Origin: Nemertoderma westbladi
Lineage: Eukaryota > Animalia > Xenacoelomorpha
Assembly (NCBI GenBank): GCA_032718475.1
Contig: JAUCBJ010007607.1
Span: forward strand, 62,001 to 126,000
Reading direction: 5' to 3'
Length of the DNA stretch: 64,000 nt
Position 1 is the stretch's first letter. Each line of letters begins with the position of its first letter. Both the position numbers and the translations under genes were made by a program. Positions 1 to 13,364 of the stretch are shown one piece after another. The notes under the pieces were generated by a model. That model was not told the origin of the DNA. It searched no databases and saw nothing but the letters and a program-made list of their open reading frames with translations.

Positions 1-2037
1 AGGGTCTCGTCGTTGTTGTTCCATCATATATAACACCTTCTTGTCCCAGCGTGTACCTACTCCACCCTTGGGCAAAGTAGATGCTAAGGCTCCTACAACC
101 ATAGAATTCTGGTATTCATGAGACTTACCTAACCAATCTAGTTGTCTACAGATCTCCTGAATCTCATCGGAAAACTCTATAATCCCGCTGCTAAGAAACT
201 TTCGGGGCGCCATTAATTTCGCATATAAATACCTAGCTATGTTAGTCTTATTACCATACCTGATGTTTAGTGTATCCCAAACTTGTCTTAATCCATCTGG
301 ATGTCCAATAAATTTTAACGCCATTGACTTGGGAGGTCCTTCCAAACATTCGATGAGGAATCTAAGTTTCTCTCCGTTAGATAGTACAGAGTTCTGTATG
401 TTATCTTTGTAATATTCATTAAAAGGTAACCATTTCATCTCATCTCCATTGAATTTGACTATCTCTCCCACCTTCACCGCTTGCCGGGCTTCGGTTCTAG
501 CCATTTGACGCGTAAAACTTTCTTGGGCCATCGTGTTATTTAATATCGAGTTATCGGTATATAAATTTCTCGGATTATGATCAACTCTATAGGGAATGTC
601 ATTATCAACAGGCATATAATTACCCTTAATAGGGTTCACTATAGGAGTTTCGACTTCGCTAGCAGTATATATGCGTGTAGGCTCCACACCTTGCGCATGA
701 GATACTTCAGACCTAACAGGTTGACACATTGTTACTGAGGGTGGTGGTATACCCTTTTGGGTATTTACTAATTTATCGCGTTCGAGCGCGATACTTTGCT
801 GCACTTCTTGCAACTCTAGCCTACTTTCCCTCACTGTTCCCTTTAAATGTTGGACAGTCCCTTCCAACTCTCGGACCTGTTGGGAGGAGCGTATCCGATT
901 CTCCTTCATCTCTCCGAGGAGAATATCCATTCCCCGCCGTCTCTCGTCTACCCAATCAACCGCCGAAACGGGATCCGCCAACGTCGTAGCGGGCAGACGA
1001 GGGACAACGGGCGACAAATTTGGAATATTTCGCTCGGGGTCCAGGACCTGAACTGTCTCCTGGGCAGTTCTACGGGGCACAGGTAGCTTAGTGCTATGCA
1101 GAGGGAATTTATAGGTAGCTTCAGGGAGCACAGGTGTATCTATTACCGAAGGGGTGATTTCAAGAACAGGCCTACTTATTTCAGGCTCATCTACTATAGT
1201 AGGGAGTCTTTCTATTGTAATTATTTGGTCTGTGGGTTCTGTACTCTCTAAGTTGGTGTTATTTAGTTGCCTTCTAACAGCTGGAGGCAAATCAGGCAAT
1301 TTTTGACGGTGGAATGTTCTTTTACGTCTGCTTAGGCGGGATCGATTTCCTCTGCCTTCAGTGTCGGTGGTATCGCCTTCCTCAGATGATGTATAACCTT
1401 GTCGTTTGGGAGTAGATCGATTCATCATCTGCATATTACTAGCTGTTAACTGTTTATTAAAGTCATCTTGCCTCTCTTGAAGATTTTCCAACTCTAGTTG
1501 GGTTGTCTCTTCAGATGCCCTCCATTCTGCTTCTGCCACTGCTATCTTTCTTTCCGCTTCTGCTGCTGCCGCTTTCCTTTCCGCTTCTACGGCTGCAGCT
1601 GCCGCTTTTGCCTCTGCCGCTGCCGCTTTCCTTTCCGCTTCTACGGCTGCAGCTGCCGCTTTTGCCTCTGCCGCTGCCTCTGCTGCCTTTCTTTCTGCTT
1701 CTGCCGCTGCCACTGCCGCTGCTGCTGTCTTTCTATCTTCTATACGTTTTTTCCTTACTTGTTCTTCCTTTTCTCTAGCGATGCGGAGTTGTTCATCGCA
1801 TTTAGCTTGGTTCGCCGCTAACCTATCCACATCAATCGCATCTAACACAAGTTTGGCTCTTTTGCTATTAGGGCTAAGTCCCTCTAGCCTTCTCCTCAAC
1901 TCGTCATCTCCTAAAAAACGTTGATAGTCTGACAGATAGATGTCAATGGCATCCCTCTTATGCGGTTTCTCTGCTGTCACTTCGCTCTCGGTTGTATCTA
2001 GTAGACTGTCTGACAGGTTCTGCTTTGCGTCAGACAT
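1..2037 (-). CDS. BEL/Pao retrotransposon gag(-pol) N-terminal part, runs off the window
   Basis: ATG at 2037 (MSDAKQNLSD...). The stretches translated by hand are open to position 1; the ORF track omits it, presumably because no stop lies in the window. Ala/Glu/Lys coiled coil followed by a DUF1759-type block (IVKFNGDEMKWLPFNEYYKDNI...EKLRFLIECLEGPPK...WDTLNIRYGN). Confidence 0.85.
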   Translation of the reverse strand, partial: MSDAKQNLSDSLLDTTESEVTAEKPHKRDAIDIYLSDYQRFLGDDELRRRLEGLSPNSKRAKLVLDAIDVDRLAANQAKCDEQLRIAREKEEQVRKKRIEDRKTAAAAVAAAEAERKAAEAAAEAKAAAAAVEAERKAAAAEAKAAAAAVEAERKAAAAEAERKIAVAEAEWRASEETTQLELENLQERQDDFNKQLTASNMQMMNRSTPKRQGYTSSEEGDTTDTEGRGNRSRLSRRKRTFHRQKLPDLPPAVRRQLNNTNLESTEPTDQIITIERLPTIVDEPEISRPVLEITPSVIDTPVLPEATYKFPLHSTKLPVPRRTAQETVQVLDPERNIPNLSPVVPRLPATTLADPVSAVDWVDERRRGMDILLGEMKENRIRSSQQVRELEGTVQHLKGTVRESRLELQEVQQSIALERDKLVNTQKGIPPPSVTMCQPVRSEVSHAQGVEPTRIYTASEVETPIVNPIKGNYMPVDNDIPYRVDHNPRNLYTDNSILNNTMAQESFTRQMARTEARQAVKVGEIVKFNGDEMKWLPFNEYYKDNIQNSVLSNGEKLRFLIECLEGPPKSMALKFIGHPDGLRQVWDTLNIRYGNKTNIARYLYAKLMAPRKFLSSGIIEFSDEIQEICRQLDWLGKSHEYQNSMVVGALASTLPKGGVGTRWDKKVLYMMEQQRRDP

Positions 2038-3369
2038 GCTTATGTGTACAGTTGAATGTCTACTGCTGTATTACAGTCTGAGCAAGTCTAGTAACTCAGT
2101 ATTAACTGCTAGCCTAGTAATTAATTACCGGTACTGCTACTCAGTGTAGCGTGATATATATAATATATTAGAATACCGGTATGCTTATAGTATATATAAC
2201 TATTATTACAGACTAGGTTTATCACAGAATACCGGTATAATTTTAGCACAAATATATATAAATATATAATAGGCCTATCGGGAATACCGGTATACAGCTT
2301 ACAGTTTGTAGCATATATAAGTATAATTCTGGACTAGAATTAATTATAAAGTACCGGTATAATTTCAGCCCAAAATTTATAGAAATAAAGATAATAGGCC
2401 TATCGTAAATACCGGTATATCAATTATTTTAAATAATTGAATTTCTGAATTTTAGGGTTACTTTGTTACCTTACTTACTTTATTACCGTTATTCGAGCAG
2501 TAGTCCAACTGATATTGAGACCTAATGGTTGTATGGTAGGCCTACTATTTATAAATCGTTTGAGTTGATTTATAATATATATATACCCGTTGAAATGGGT
2601 TTTTGTCAATGTTTGAAATAAATGTTATTATTTCTGGGGAGTAATCACTACACAAAGCGGTGCGCTTTCAGTGAAGTGTTACTTATAGGACACTAAAACA
2701 AATAATGCTAATTTACCTAAGTTACTTAATACTACAAATTACGTACAATTCGGGTGAGATTACAATCTCTAAATAAACACAAAAATTTACAAAAACACAA
2801 AATACGAATTTTTAGGGTAATTTTACAAGAAGTCTACAAACCAGCCTAACAAAGGGTTAGAAAACTGGTTATTACAACGGACAGGGTACTGCGGTTATTT
2901 GAAAATAATACGTAGTAGTAAATACACTGCGTTGTCCAGATAGGAAAATACCACCGCCTGACAACCTATAGCCGTATCGCTATAGGTTCTACGTTATGTA
3001 TCACGGAGTGTTCCTACCTAGAAGTTAATAGAGCTAATCGAACGTGCCTATTAACCACTTTACAACACAAATATAATGCCTACACTAATTACTTTCGGAA
3101 AGCACTGTACACTAAACCCTAAATTAGGTACGAGTACTTGTACAACAGATAATCAGTAGTTAAATATACTTGAACAGCTAAAAGAACCACGGCATCTGCT
3201 GGAGTGACCGATGCACAAAATCACCAGTCTTTACCTACGCCAAGCAGCCCGTGTAGTACCGGGGTTAATTTAACTATAGCGGTATGTATAACAAACACAA
3301 TTATTGTAGGAACAAACTTGGGGATATGAATGTTGCGGATAATCGCATAAACTCTGAATAATAAATATT

Positions 3370-3930
3370 ACGCTATGCGTACAAACTACTCAAACAAAAT
3401 GTAGACCGAACACTGACAGACTACTATCAAGCCTAAACAAACTACGGTATATGCAGACTCCGAAATAATTAGGTAGTATGCGTTCTAACCCAGTAGTACG
3501 ACTTATTCTTTAGTTGGGGGTTTACCTTACAGCATTCGCTGCCCCTACTTCCTAACCGTTCTTTATCGGACAAGTGATCTACACACGCTGCAATCCGTTC
3601 AGACCTAATAACAGCCAGACAACTATCCAGCCTACAAATTATCTAAATAAAATTATACGCTACCCGTACAGACTTACACAAACAAAGTACAGACTAAACG
3701 ATGGCAGACTACTCTCAAGCCTAAATAAACTACAGGACATGCAGACTCCGAAATAATTAGGTAGTATGCGTTCTAACCCAGTAGTACGACTTATTCTTTA
3801 ATTGGGGGTTTACCTTACAGCATTCGCTGCCCCTACTTCCTAACCGTTCTTTATCGGACAGGTGATCTACACACACTGCAATCCGTTCAGACTTAACAGC
3901 AATCAGACAACAGCTCAGCCTACAAATTGT
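3370..3930. repeat. ~288-bp tandem duplication in the BEL-1 leader
   Basis: CAGACTCCGAAATAATTAGGTAGTATGCG... occurs at ~3453 and ~3741. Confidence 0.85.
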
Positions 3931-4343
3931 CTGTACAATCTGATCAGGTTTACACGCCTTCTGTTCAATACTGGCCTACAAACAAATAAAACTTGCAGAA
4001 ATAAGTAAACTTTACAAAAGAATGAGGGGTGATCAATCCCTATTCCCCTGTCAGCCTACAGTATACAATAGATCACAATCGAATAATACTGCTGTACTTA
4101 TACGGAAGTACCGGTTAGGACAGTTAGGCCTACGGACCTACAGAAGTACCGGTTCTGGCAGTGGGACCTACGGACCCACGGCAGTACCGGTTCTGGCAGT
4201 TGGGCCTACTGACCTACTGAAGTACCATTCAGGTTTACCGGTTGACCGGTACTTTCAACTTTATTGCTTACTGCAATAAAGAAGCTATATCCGTTATTGT
4301 TTGCGCTTTCAGACCTTTGGCAGTTTAACCCGCCAAATTAGGA

Positions 4344-5014
4344 TGTCTTCTAGATAATAAATCACCTTTAGTCTATGACAAGTATTTAATTCACTACACT
4401 AGTCGAAACCAATCTGTGCGCGATCATTCACCCGCTGGATATACCCGGGAGATTGGGTTCGACGGCTTAATCTTATTGCTATGTAAGCCTAATGTATTAT
4501 TCGACTGACAGTATTATATAATCTCTGACAATATTATTCACCTTCGGGAAATATTAACAGTTCCTTTAGGACGTGGCGCTCTATCTATATAAAAAGAGTT
4601 ATGACTTAAACTACTCACAACGATATGGCTTAGTTATAATTCACATATATGGCGCATTCTTTAGGAAATGCTTCGTTATCAGGTTCACTCATACACAATG
4701 CTGCACAATACTGCACACTGATCTGCCGATCTTCACTGATTTTAGTCACATATAAAAGGAACACGGACCGAATCATGTAGGGTCTATCAAATAACATTAG
4801 ATTCACTTCAAACCACTCAACATAGGTCGCAATCATTTATCTGTAACCTTTCTCTCTTACCTTCGGTATATCAAGAATATTGGGTTTTCGGGGTTATTTG
4901 TCGTTATTCCAAATATAATAATTCATCAACCATATTATGAAGAACTGACAGTAAATAGCAGTATAACAATATAAAAGTATGCACAGTGTTACACAGTATG
5001 CAGTGTATGCAGTA

Positions 5015-5048
<34 letters not shown>

Positions 5049-5501
5049 ATAACGGATATATGTCCTTATAATTAAGCCTACTAGTGTAGGACTAAAAACT
5101 GAAAACACGGAGGTGCCAAAAGCCGGGTCTTAGGCTCTGGGCAAAACATAACACTGAACTACTGAGTTTCTGCACACACCTCCAACACAGAGACAACAAA
5201 CGCTCTGATTGGTCAACCTGAACAACGAGAGAACAAAGAAACAAAGAAACGTCGACGTGGCAATATCAGCTGCTAGCCGTCGTCATAGTAGCGACACTGT
5301 TTTCAAGAGTATCGAGCTTTTACGTCACGGAATTACGGATTATGTCCTCTAAAGTACAAATACAGAAGAAATAGCTTTTATGTCCGCTAAAACACCAGTA
5401 CAGCAAGGACACGGCCTTTTTATGCCTGGTAAACCAACTACAGAGTATTTTACGGGAAAAATAAGGAAAAATAACCGGACAATTCAGCAAAAGCTTTTAC
5501 A
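4344..5501 (-). repeat. 5' LTR of BEL element 1 (~1.16 kb)
   Basis: On the minus strand it begins TGTAAAAGCTTTTGC and ends AAGACA; it aligns end to end with 38498-39627. Confidence 0.75.
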
Positions 5502-5633
5502 TATCCTAAAGTAATATACAAACCCTCCCTCCACCCTATAAATAGTGTTCACCACCTACCCCACCCACCGCCCTTATTACTTCATAATAATGAAAGATAG
5601 TACTGGCGCTCCGGTCACTCCGTTCCCTCCGCT

Positions 5634-7380
5634 GGGGGGGTTAAGTTGTAGGTTTTGACACTATGCAAAATCCGAGCACAGAGTTAGAAGCGCATTGGAT
5701 AGGCGAACATTTCTTGCAGTGAAAGTATCTCCATACCTATTATAGTTTTCGAGATAGTCAGACATGAGTAGCTAAAATTTGAATTTTTTTCGGTAAAGTC
5801 TGATTTCACCGGTACCTGTCATGCTAAATATGGATTGTGATATATCGTTAGATGCGGGTCCACTAACTGTACATTCACATATTTTCAAGGAAAAAATTCG
5901 ATCAAGGGTTTTCGAAATATTTTCGAATTACCGGAAGCAGACTTTGGACGACCATATCTCCTGTACCGGTAGGCCTATTGAGTCGAAATTTTTTTTAATC
6001 TACTTAGAACACTCCAGTGAATGTTTTTTAGTTTGAAAGTTTTTCCCCAAAATGCTCAGAAGTAATTTCGAAAAAACTGATCATTTCGCGATCATGATCT
6101 TTTGACCCCCTAGAATTGAACTTTTTTATCCCCAAATTTTGGCTACCCCCCCTAATTCGAGGGTGAGGAATCTTTTTGTAATGTTAAGTTTTTTCATACG
6201 GTGAACTCACAGGACTTGGTCTTCGAAATAAAACCGAAAACATGATCTTTCCTGATCATGGCCAGATCAAATCGCTTTTTGAAAATTTTGAAATGCTCAA
6301 AAGTTGCCCCTTCTAAATAGAAGTCGATTAGTAAAAAAAAAATCGGGGGTCTCAAACAAAGTTTTCGAAAAAATCGGGAAAAACCGAAAAACACGATCTT
6401 TTATGATCAGGAAGCTGATCTCGAGAACTGGTTGCCCGATCGAGCCAATTTTTTTTTAATCAACTCAGAATAGACCATTGCACATTTCTTACAATGAATG
6501 TTTATTAGAAAAATGCTTAGATTCGATTTTAAATATACTGATCTTTTCGCGATCATGATCTTGAGTTTTGACCCACTAGACTTGAACTTTTTTATGCCCA
6601 AATTTTGGCTACCCCCATAATTCGAGGGTGAGGAATCTTTTTGTGATGTTAAGTTTTTCCATACGGTGAACTCCCAGGACTTGGTCTTCGAAATAAAACC
6701 GAAAAAACGATCTTTTCTGATCGCGGCCTGATCAAATCGCTTTTTGAAAATTTCGAAATGCTCAAAAGTTGCCCCTTCATCATAGAAGTCGATTCGTAAA
6801 AAAAATCGGGGGTCTCAAACAAAGTTTTCGAGAAAATCCGAAAAAACTAAAAAATCTGATCTTTAATGATCAGGTATCAGATCTCGAGAACCGGTTGTCC
6901 GATCGAGCCAATTCTTTTTTTAATCGACTCAGGGCGGTGTTCTGAACGTTTCCTACAGTAATTGTTTATATCCAAAATGCTTAGTTACGATTTTACGAAG
7001 TCCGATCTTTGCGCGATCATGATCTTGCGTTTTGACCGGGAAGAATTCACTTTTTTTTAAATATTTTAACGGGAATCATGACTAATGTGGGGTCGCTGAA
7101 TCTTTTTGTAATGTTAAGTTTTTCGATTGGAGCAAGCCTTGAGTGTCCGATCCCTGATCAAAACTGATCTTTGCTGATCACGGTCAAGATCTTGATCGGG
7201 CAACTTCAAACTCGAAGTTGTGAAGGTAAACCCATATGCTGCCTATCGATTGGCGCCAGTCACAACTCCGTATCATTAGCCGTTTTGGCTGTAGCTCCAT
7301 AGCAACGTGGTTGCTAGGGAAGCGGACTTTTTTACTCAAATTGGCCCTAGCCGGAGAACCGTAGACTTTTTTTAACACAT
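5634..7380. mobile_element. non-autonomous DNA element with ~465-bp internal tandem units (~2.5 copies)
   Basis: CGCGATCATGATCTT... recurs at ~6087, ~6548 and ~7012; palindrome CCATAGCAACGTGGTTGCTAGGG near 7300; no coding capacity. Confidence 0.5.
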
Positions 7381-9550
7381 TATGTATGGCGAAAAGTTGT
7401 CTGGATAAATTTTGGGGGGGTCTAGGAACATCCTATTGTTCGTTTTCGCTTAGTTGCTGAGATCCTCTCGTCCCCCAAATCCCAGGATTCTATGAAGGCA
7501 TTCTGCTGGACTAGTTCCGTGGCCGGAAAAGTTGTCGGTGTTCTGCGAACAGAGAACCTAATCGGTTTAGGGCCCTGACCGTCCAGCACTACTGCCCGCG
7601 ACGGCAGGTAACTCATCGACGTGGTCTACTTCCATTTCGCAAAGTTCAACTTCACGACTTTCAGCAGCAGATATCCCCGCGTCCGATATCATTTTATCTC
7701 GTGATGCAGCGCTTACAGCATTATAAGTAGTAGCAGCAGCAGCAGCAGCAGCAGCGTCTTCCATAGTCTTATAATCACAGAGGCCCTTCTCCTTGTCCAA
7801 TTGCCACTGTCGACATGTTGGCTTCTTGTGGTTTTTTGGGCCACATGTAGCGTGACAGTAACTAAAGTTACTCGCCTTGTATTTTAACTGTCAAGTTTTA
7901 AAAAACCATTCCAGATAAAACAAAGATTTATTACATAGGAAAAAAGTATAACTGTTTTTTTAATTATTCTCGAGGTATTTTATTTACCGTGCGCAAGCGA
8001 GGTTAATAAAGGGTCGAGATAATATTGAAAAAAAGTTTTTTTCCCATGTAATAAATACATAATTTTATTCTTAAATAGGTACTTTTTTCTTACTTAAAGA
8101 TATAGAACGAAGTAGTGTGTTACAAAAGAAATTGAATATTTACTAAATTGCTTCCATAATTACGCAGCGATTCAAATTATTGTACCTTTCAAATCCTGAT
8201 GCTGCCTTACTCAATGTTAAATTGTGTGTTAAATAATTTTATGTTATGGAATATTTATTTATTTAAGTAGAGATCAGGCTCAACTACAAGCCAATATTGG
8301 ATAGTGAGTTCCGTTTTGGAGTACTTCTTGTAGACACTAAAGTTGCAATAATTTTTGAGTGTCTGCATGGATTTTGCTCAAATTGCGTGCAAACCTTTTC
8401 TATTTCGATGCACTTTTGATTCATGTAATAAAATTTAATAAATTTGGTCCTTTTTCTGTCGGTTTTGGGGGATATTCTGATCAAAAATAACATAAGAATA
8501 AAATACATTCCAAGCCTTACCGTTTAGATTTTCTTGCTAAATGCCTGAACAGAGATGAATGTACTGTATTAGATAATAAAAGTATAGAACACTAATTAAT
8601 TCTACGTAATCTCAGTTTAGCCTAAAAAATAACATCGGAAGCAACCAATTTAACAATATAATGTACAAAACTCCTATGAAATTTGGTGATATGTACCATT
8701 GAGTCTATCAAACAGCTTTTGGTACCCGGCTGGTACCCTGGTTTAGTTTCTGGTATTGTTAGTTTAATCGACAGCTGTTGTAAACGTCCCAGATAAACAA
8801 AACCTACTAAGCTATTAATGTTTGGCATTCTATCAGATTTCAGTAGTAAGTAACCTCATAATAATTGCTAAATATAAAAAAAAACATGAAAAACATTTCA
8901 AGCAAGGGAGTTGTGGGTATTTAATTTCGCGTTCAATAATGTTGAAAATATGCAAATATTTCGAATATCGCACTTCGAATCGTTCGCAACTTTTTTATTC
9001 AACAACTAGACAACAATTGATAAATACTTGCGTTTACAATTTTACAATGCATGCAAGTGGTTTCAAGCCATTTGGTGAACATACATAGTGAGTGATATAG
9101 TGACATATAGTGATATAGGTAAATATAGACATATATAGTGAGTGATATAGGTAAATATATCCATCGTGTTATTGCCGGCCTCAGCTTTAGACAAAAACTA
9201 CCCAGTCTAAAGACAGGTTCGTTATAAATACTATCAATGGCATGGCTGTTGTGTAGGCTTATATATGAAATAGTTTATTCCACAATGTATTTGTCTGGGT
9301 ATTTTTTAATTGAATTTTTGTAAAGTAGTAAAATTAATGTTCTTAAAAATAATTTAATTATTTTATATGTAACCAAGGAAATTAGCTACACTTTTTCGCT
9401 GCAGCTTTAAGAGTGTACATTGATTTAATATTATTTCAATACCCATATTACTACATCGGCATACGATGCGTTGGCGTTGTATCACACATCTCCACATAGA
9501 TGTATCAGCAGTTACTCGCACAGTTTCGAAACTTCGCATAGTTATAACTG

Positions 9551-9930
9551 TATAAAGATCGTCAGTCTGCGTTTAGGAAAAATATTTTATGACAACACAG
9601 GACGAGGGACGAGCGCAACGGGGTATATAATGAAGACGAGTACTGCGTAGACTATATTCCTATAAAAACCATACCTGGCAGCGCCTATTGAACGCATCGG
9701 TAGTTATAAAGATCGTCAGTCTGCGTTTAGGAAATATATTTAAATACAAAACAGGACGAGCACAACGGGGCTAATGAGGAAGCCGAGTACTGCGTTGACT
9801 ATATTATTATATAAACCACCTGGCTTCACACATTGATCGCATCCCTAATTATTATTATTATAAAAATCGTCCTAGCCTGCGTTTAAGAAATATATTTAAA
9901 TTCAAAACAGGACGAACGCAACGAGGCTAC
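9551..9930. repeat. degenerate ~154-bp tandem repeat (~2.5 copies)
   Basis: TATAAAGATCGTCAGTCTGCGTTTAGG at 9551 and 9705, with a variant at ~9859. Confidence 0.75.
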
Positions 9931-9932
9931 GA

Positions 9933-12661
9933 GGGAAAACGCAACTTCACAAAGCACTGCGAAACTGACTGCGAATACGCACTTTAAAGTACTAAACTGT
10001 CTGGGAAAACGCAACTTTAAAGTTCTAAACTGCTTGGGAAAATGCAACTTCACAAAGTACTGCGAAACTGCTTGGGAAAACGCACTTTAAAGTAATAAAC
10101 TGTCTGGGAAAACGCAACTTTAAAGTACTAAACTGTCTGGAAAAACGCAACTTCAAAGTACGTCTGAGAAAACGCAACTTTAAAGTTCTAAACTGCTTGG
10201 GAAAATGCAACTTCACAAAGTACTGCGAAACTGCTTGGGAAAACGCACTTTAAAGTACTAAACTGTCTGGGAAAACGCAACTTTAAAGTACTAAACTGTC
10301 TGGAAAAACGCAACTTTAAAGTACTAAACTGTCTGGGAAAACGCAACTTTAAAGTTCTAAGCTGCTTGGGAAAATGCAACTTCACAAAGTACTGCGAAAC
10401 TGCTTGGGAAAACGCACTTTAAAGTACTAAACTGTCTGGGAAAACGCAACTTTAAAGTACTAAACTGTCTGGAAAAACGCAACTTTAAAGTACTAAACTG
10501 TCTGGGAAAACGCAACTTTAAAGTTATAAACTGCTTGGGAAAATGCAACTTCACAAAGTTCTGCGAAACTACTTGGGAAAACGCAACTTTAAAGTACTAA
10601 ACTGCTTGGGAAAACGCAACTTTAAAGTTCTAAACTGCTTGGGAAAATGCAACTTCACAAAGTTCTGCGAAACTACTTGGGAAAACGCAACTTTAAAGTA
10701 CTAAACTGCTTGGGAAAACGCAACTTTAAAGTACTAAACTGTCTGGGAAAACGCAACTTTAAAGTTATAAACTGCTTGGGAAAATGCAACTTCACAAAGT
10801 TCTGCGAAACTACTTGGGAAAACGCAACTTTAAAGTACTAAACTGCTTGGGAAAACGCAACTTTAAAGTACTAAACTGTCTGGGAAAACGCAACTTTAAA
10901 GTTCTAAACTGCTTGGGAAAAAGCAACTTCACAAAGTACTGCGGAACTGCTTGGGAAAACGCAACTTTAAATTACTAAACTACCTGGGAAAACGCAACTT
11001 TATAGTACTAAACTGTCTGGGAAAACGCAACTTTAAAGTTCTAAACTGCTTGGGAAAAAGCAACTTCACAAAGTACTGCGAAACTGCTTGGGAAAACGCA
11101 ACTTTAAATTACTAAACTACCTGGGAAAACGCAACTTTAAAGTTCTAAACTGCTTGGGAAAATGCAACTTTACAAAGTACTGCGAAAATGCTTGGGAAAA
11201 CGCAACTTTAAAGTACTAAACTGTCTGGGAAAACGCAACTTTAAAGTACTAATCTGCTTGGGAAAACGCAACTTTACAAAGTACTGCGAAAATGCTTGGG
11301 AAAACGCAACTTTAAAGTACTAAACTGTCTGGGAAAACGCAACTTTAAAGTACTAAACTGTCTGGGAAAACGCAACTTTAAAGTACTAATCTGCTTGGGA
11401 AAACGCAACTTTACAAAGTACTGCGAAAATGCTTGGGAAAACGCAACTTTAAAGTACTAAACTGTCTGGGAAAACGCAACTTTAAAGTTCTAAACTGAAA
11501 ACGCAACTTTAAAGTTCTAAACTGCTTGGGAAAATGCAACTTCACAAAGTACTGCGAAACTGCTTGGGAAAACGCACTTTAAAGTACTAAACTGTCTGGG
11601 AAAACGCAACTTTAAAGTACTAAACTGTCTGGAAAAACGCAACTTTAAAGTACTAAACTGTCTGGGAAAACGCAACTTTAAAGTTCTAAGCTGCTTGGGA
11701 AAATGCAACTTCACAAAGTACTGCGAAACTGCTTGGGAAAACGCACTTTAAAGTACTAAACTGTCTGGGAAAACGCAACTTTAAAGTACTAAACTGTCTG
11801 GAAAAACGCAACTTTAAAGTACTAAACTGTCTGGGAAAACGCAACTTTAAAGTTATAAACTGCTTGGGAAAATGCAACTTCACAAAGTTCTGCGAAACTG
11901 CTTGGGAAAACGCAACTTTAAAGTACTAAACTGCTTGGGAAAACGCAACTTTAAAGTACTAAACTGTCTGGGAAAACGCAACTTTAAAGTTATAAACTGC
12001 TTGGGAAAATGCAACTTCACAAAGTTCTGCGAAACTGCTTGGGAAAACGCAACTTTAAAGTACTAAACTGTCTGGGAAAACGCAACTTTAAAGTTCTAAA
12101 CTGCTTGGGAAAAAGCAACTTCACAAAGTACTGCGGAACTGCTTGGGAAAACGCAACTTTAAATTACTAAACTACCTGGGAAAACGCAACTTTATAGTAC
12201 TAAACTGTCTGGGAAAACGCAACTTTAAAGTTCTAAACTGCTTGGGAAAAAGCAACTTCACAAAGTACTGCGAAACTGCTTGGGAAAACGCAACTTTAAA
12301 TTACTAAACTACCTGGGAAAACGCAACTTTATAGTACTAAACTGTCTGGGAAAACGCAACTTTAAAGTTCTAAACTGCTTGGGAAAATGCAACTTTACAA
12401 AGTACTGCGAAAATGCTTGGGAAAACGCAACTTTAAAGTACTAAACTGTCTGGGAAAACGCAACTTTAAAGTACTAATCTGCTTGGGAAAACGCAACTTC
12501 ACAAAGTACTGCGAAAACGCACTTTAAAGTACTAAACTGCCTGGGAAAACGCAACTTTAAAGTACTAAACTGTTTGGGAAAAAGCAACTTCACAAAGTAC
12601 TGCGAAACTGACTGCGAAAACGCACATTAAAGTACTAAACTGCCTGGGAAAACGCAACTTT
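9933..12661. repeat. 32/33/38-bp satellite with ~169-bp higher-order units
   Basis: Units GGGAAAACGCAACTTTAAAGTACTAAACTGTCT (33 bp) and GGGAAAATGCAACTTCACAAAGTACTGCGAAACTGCTT (38 bp); spurious ORFs recur at 169- and 1329-bp offsets. Confidence 0.95.
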
Positions 12662-13355
12662 GGTGACAAAGTGACATTTTGGCAAAATGACAAGTCAAAA
12701 TGTCAACTTGAAAATGACATTTTGGGAAAATGACATGTCAAAATGTCAATTCGAAAGTAACATTTTGGCAAAATGACATGTCAAAATGTCAATTTTAAAG
12801 TGACATTTGACAAAATGACATGTCAAACTGTAAATTTGAAAGTGACATATTGCCACATTGACATTTTGGCAAAATGACATGTCAAAATGTCAATTCGAAA
12901 GTGACATTTTGGCAAAATGACATGTCAAAATGTCAATTTGAAAGTGACATTTGACAAAATGACATGTCAAACTGTCAATTTGAAAGTGACATATTGACAC
13001 ATTGACATTTTGGCAAAATGACATGTCAAAATGTCAATTCGAAAGTGATATTTTGGCAATATGACATGTCAAAATGTCAACTTGAAAATGACATTTTGGC
13101 AAAATGACATGTCAAAATGTCAATTTGAAAGTGACATATTGACACATTGACATTTTGGCAAAATGACATGTCAAAATGTCAATTCGATAGTGAAATATTG
13201 ACAAAATGACATGTCAAACTGTCAATTTGAAAGTGACATATTGACACATTGACATTTTGGCAAAATGACATGTCAAAATGTCAATTCGAAAGTGACATTT
13301 GGCAAAATGACATGTCAAAATGTCAACTTGAAAATGACATTTTGGCAAAATGACA
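12662..13355. repeat. ~44-bp minisatellite built on the TGACATGTCA palindrome
   Basis: TTTTGGCAAAATGACATGTCAAAATGTCAATTCGAAAGTGACA repeated. Confidence 0.92.
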
Positions 13356-13364
13356 TATAACTTA

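Larger units (their letters stand above)
1..5501 (-). mobile_element. BEL/Pao LTR retrotransposon 1 (5' LTR, PBS, ~2.3-kb leader, gag; 3' part outside window)
   Basis: gag ORF plus an LTR delimited by homology with the copy at 38498-39627; PBS-like TGGCGGGTTAAAC lies 8 nt inside the LTR end. Confidence 0.8.

Noticed and set aside
1498-1821. Cys-rich and Leu/Pro-rich plus-strand ORFs
   Set aside because: Antisense shadows of the gag Ala/Glu/Lys repeat
10025-12066. Repeated 63-65-aa ORFs (LKLRFPRQFST)
   Set aside because: Satellite translations
9933-12661. CRISPR-like appearance of ~33-bp repeats
   Set aside because: Head-to-tail units with no unique spacers, no cas genes, eukaryotic context
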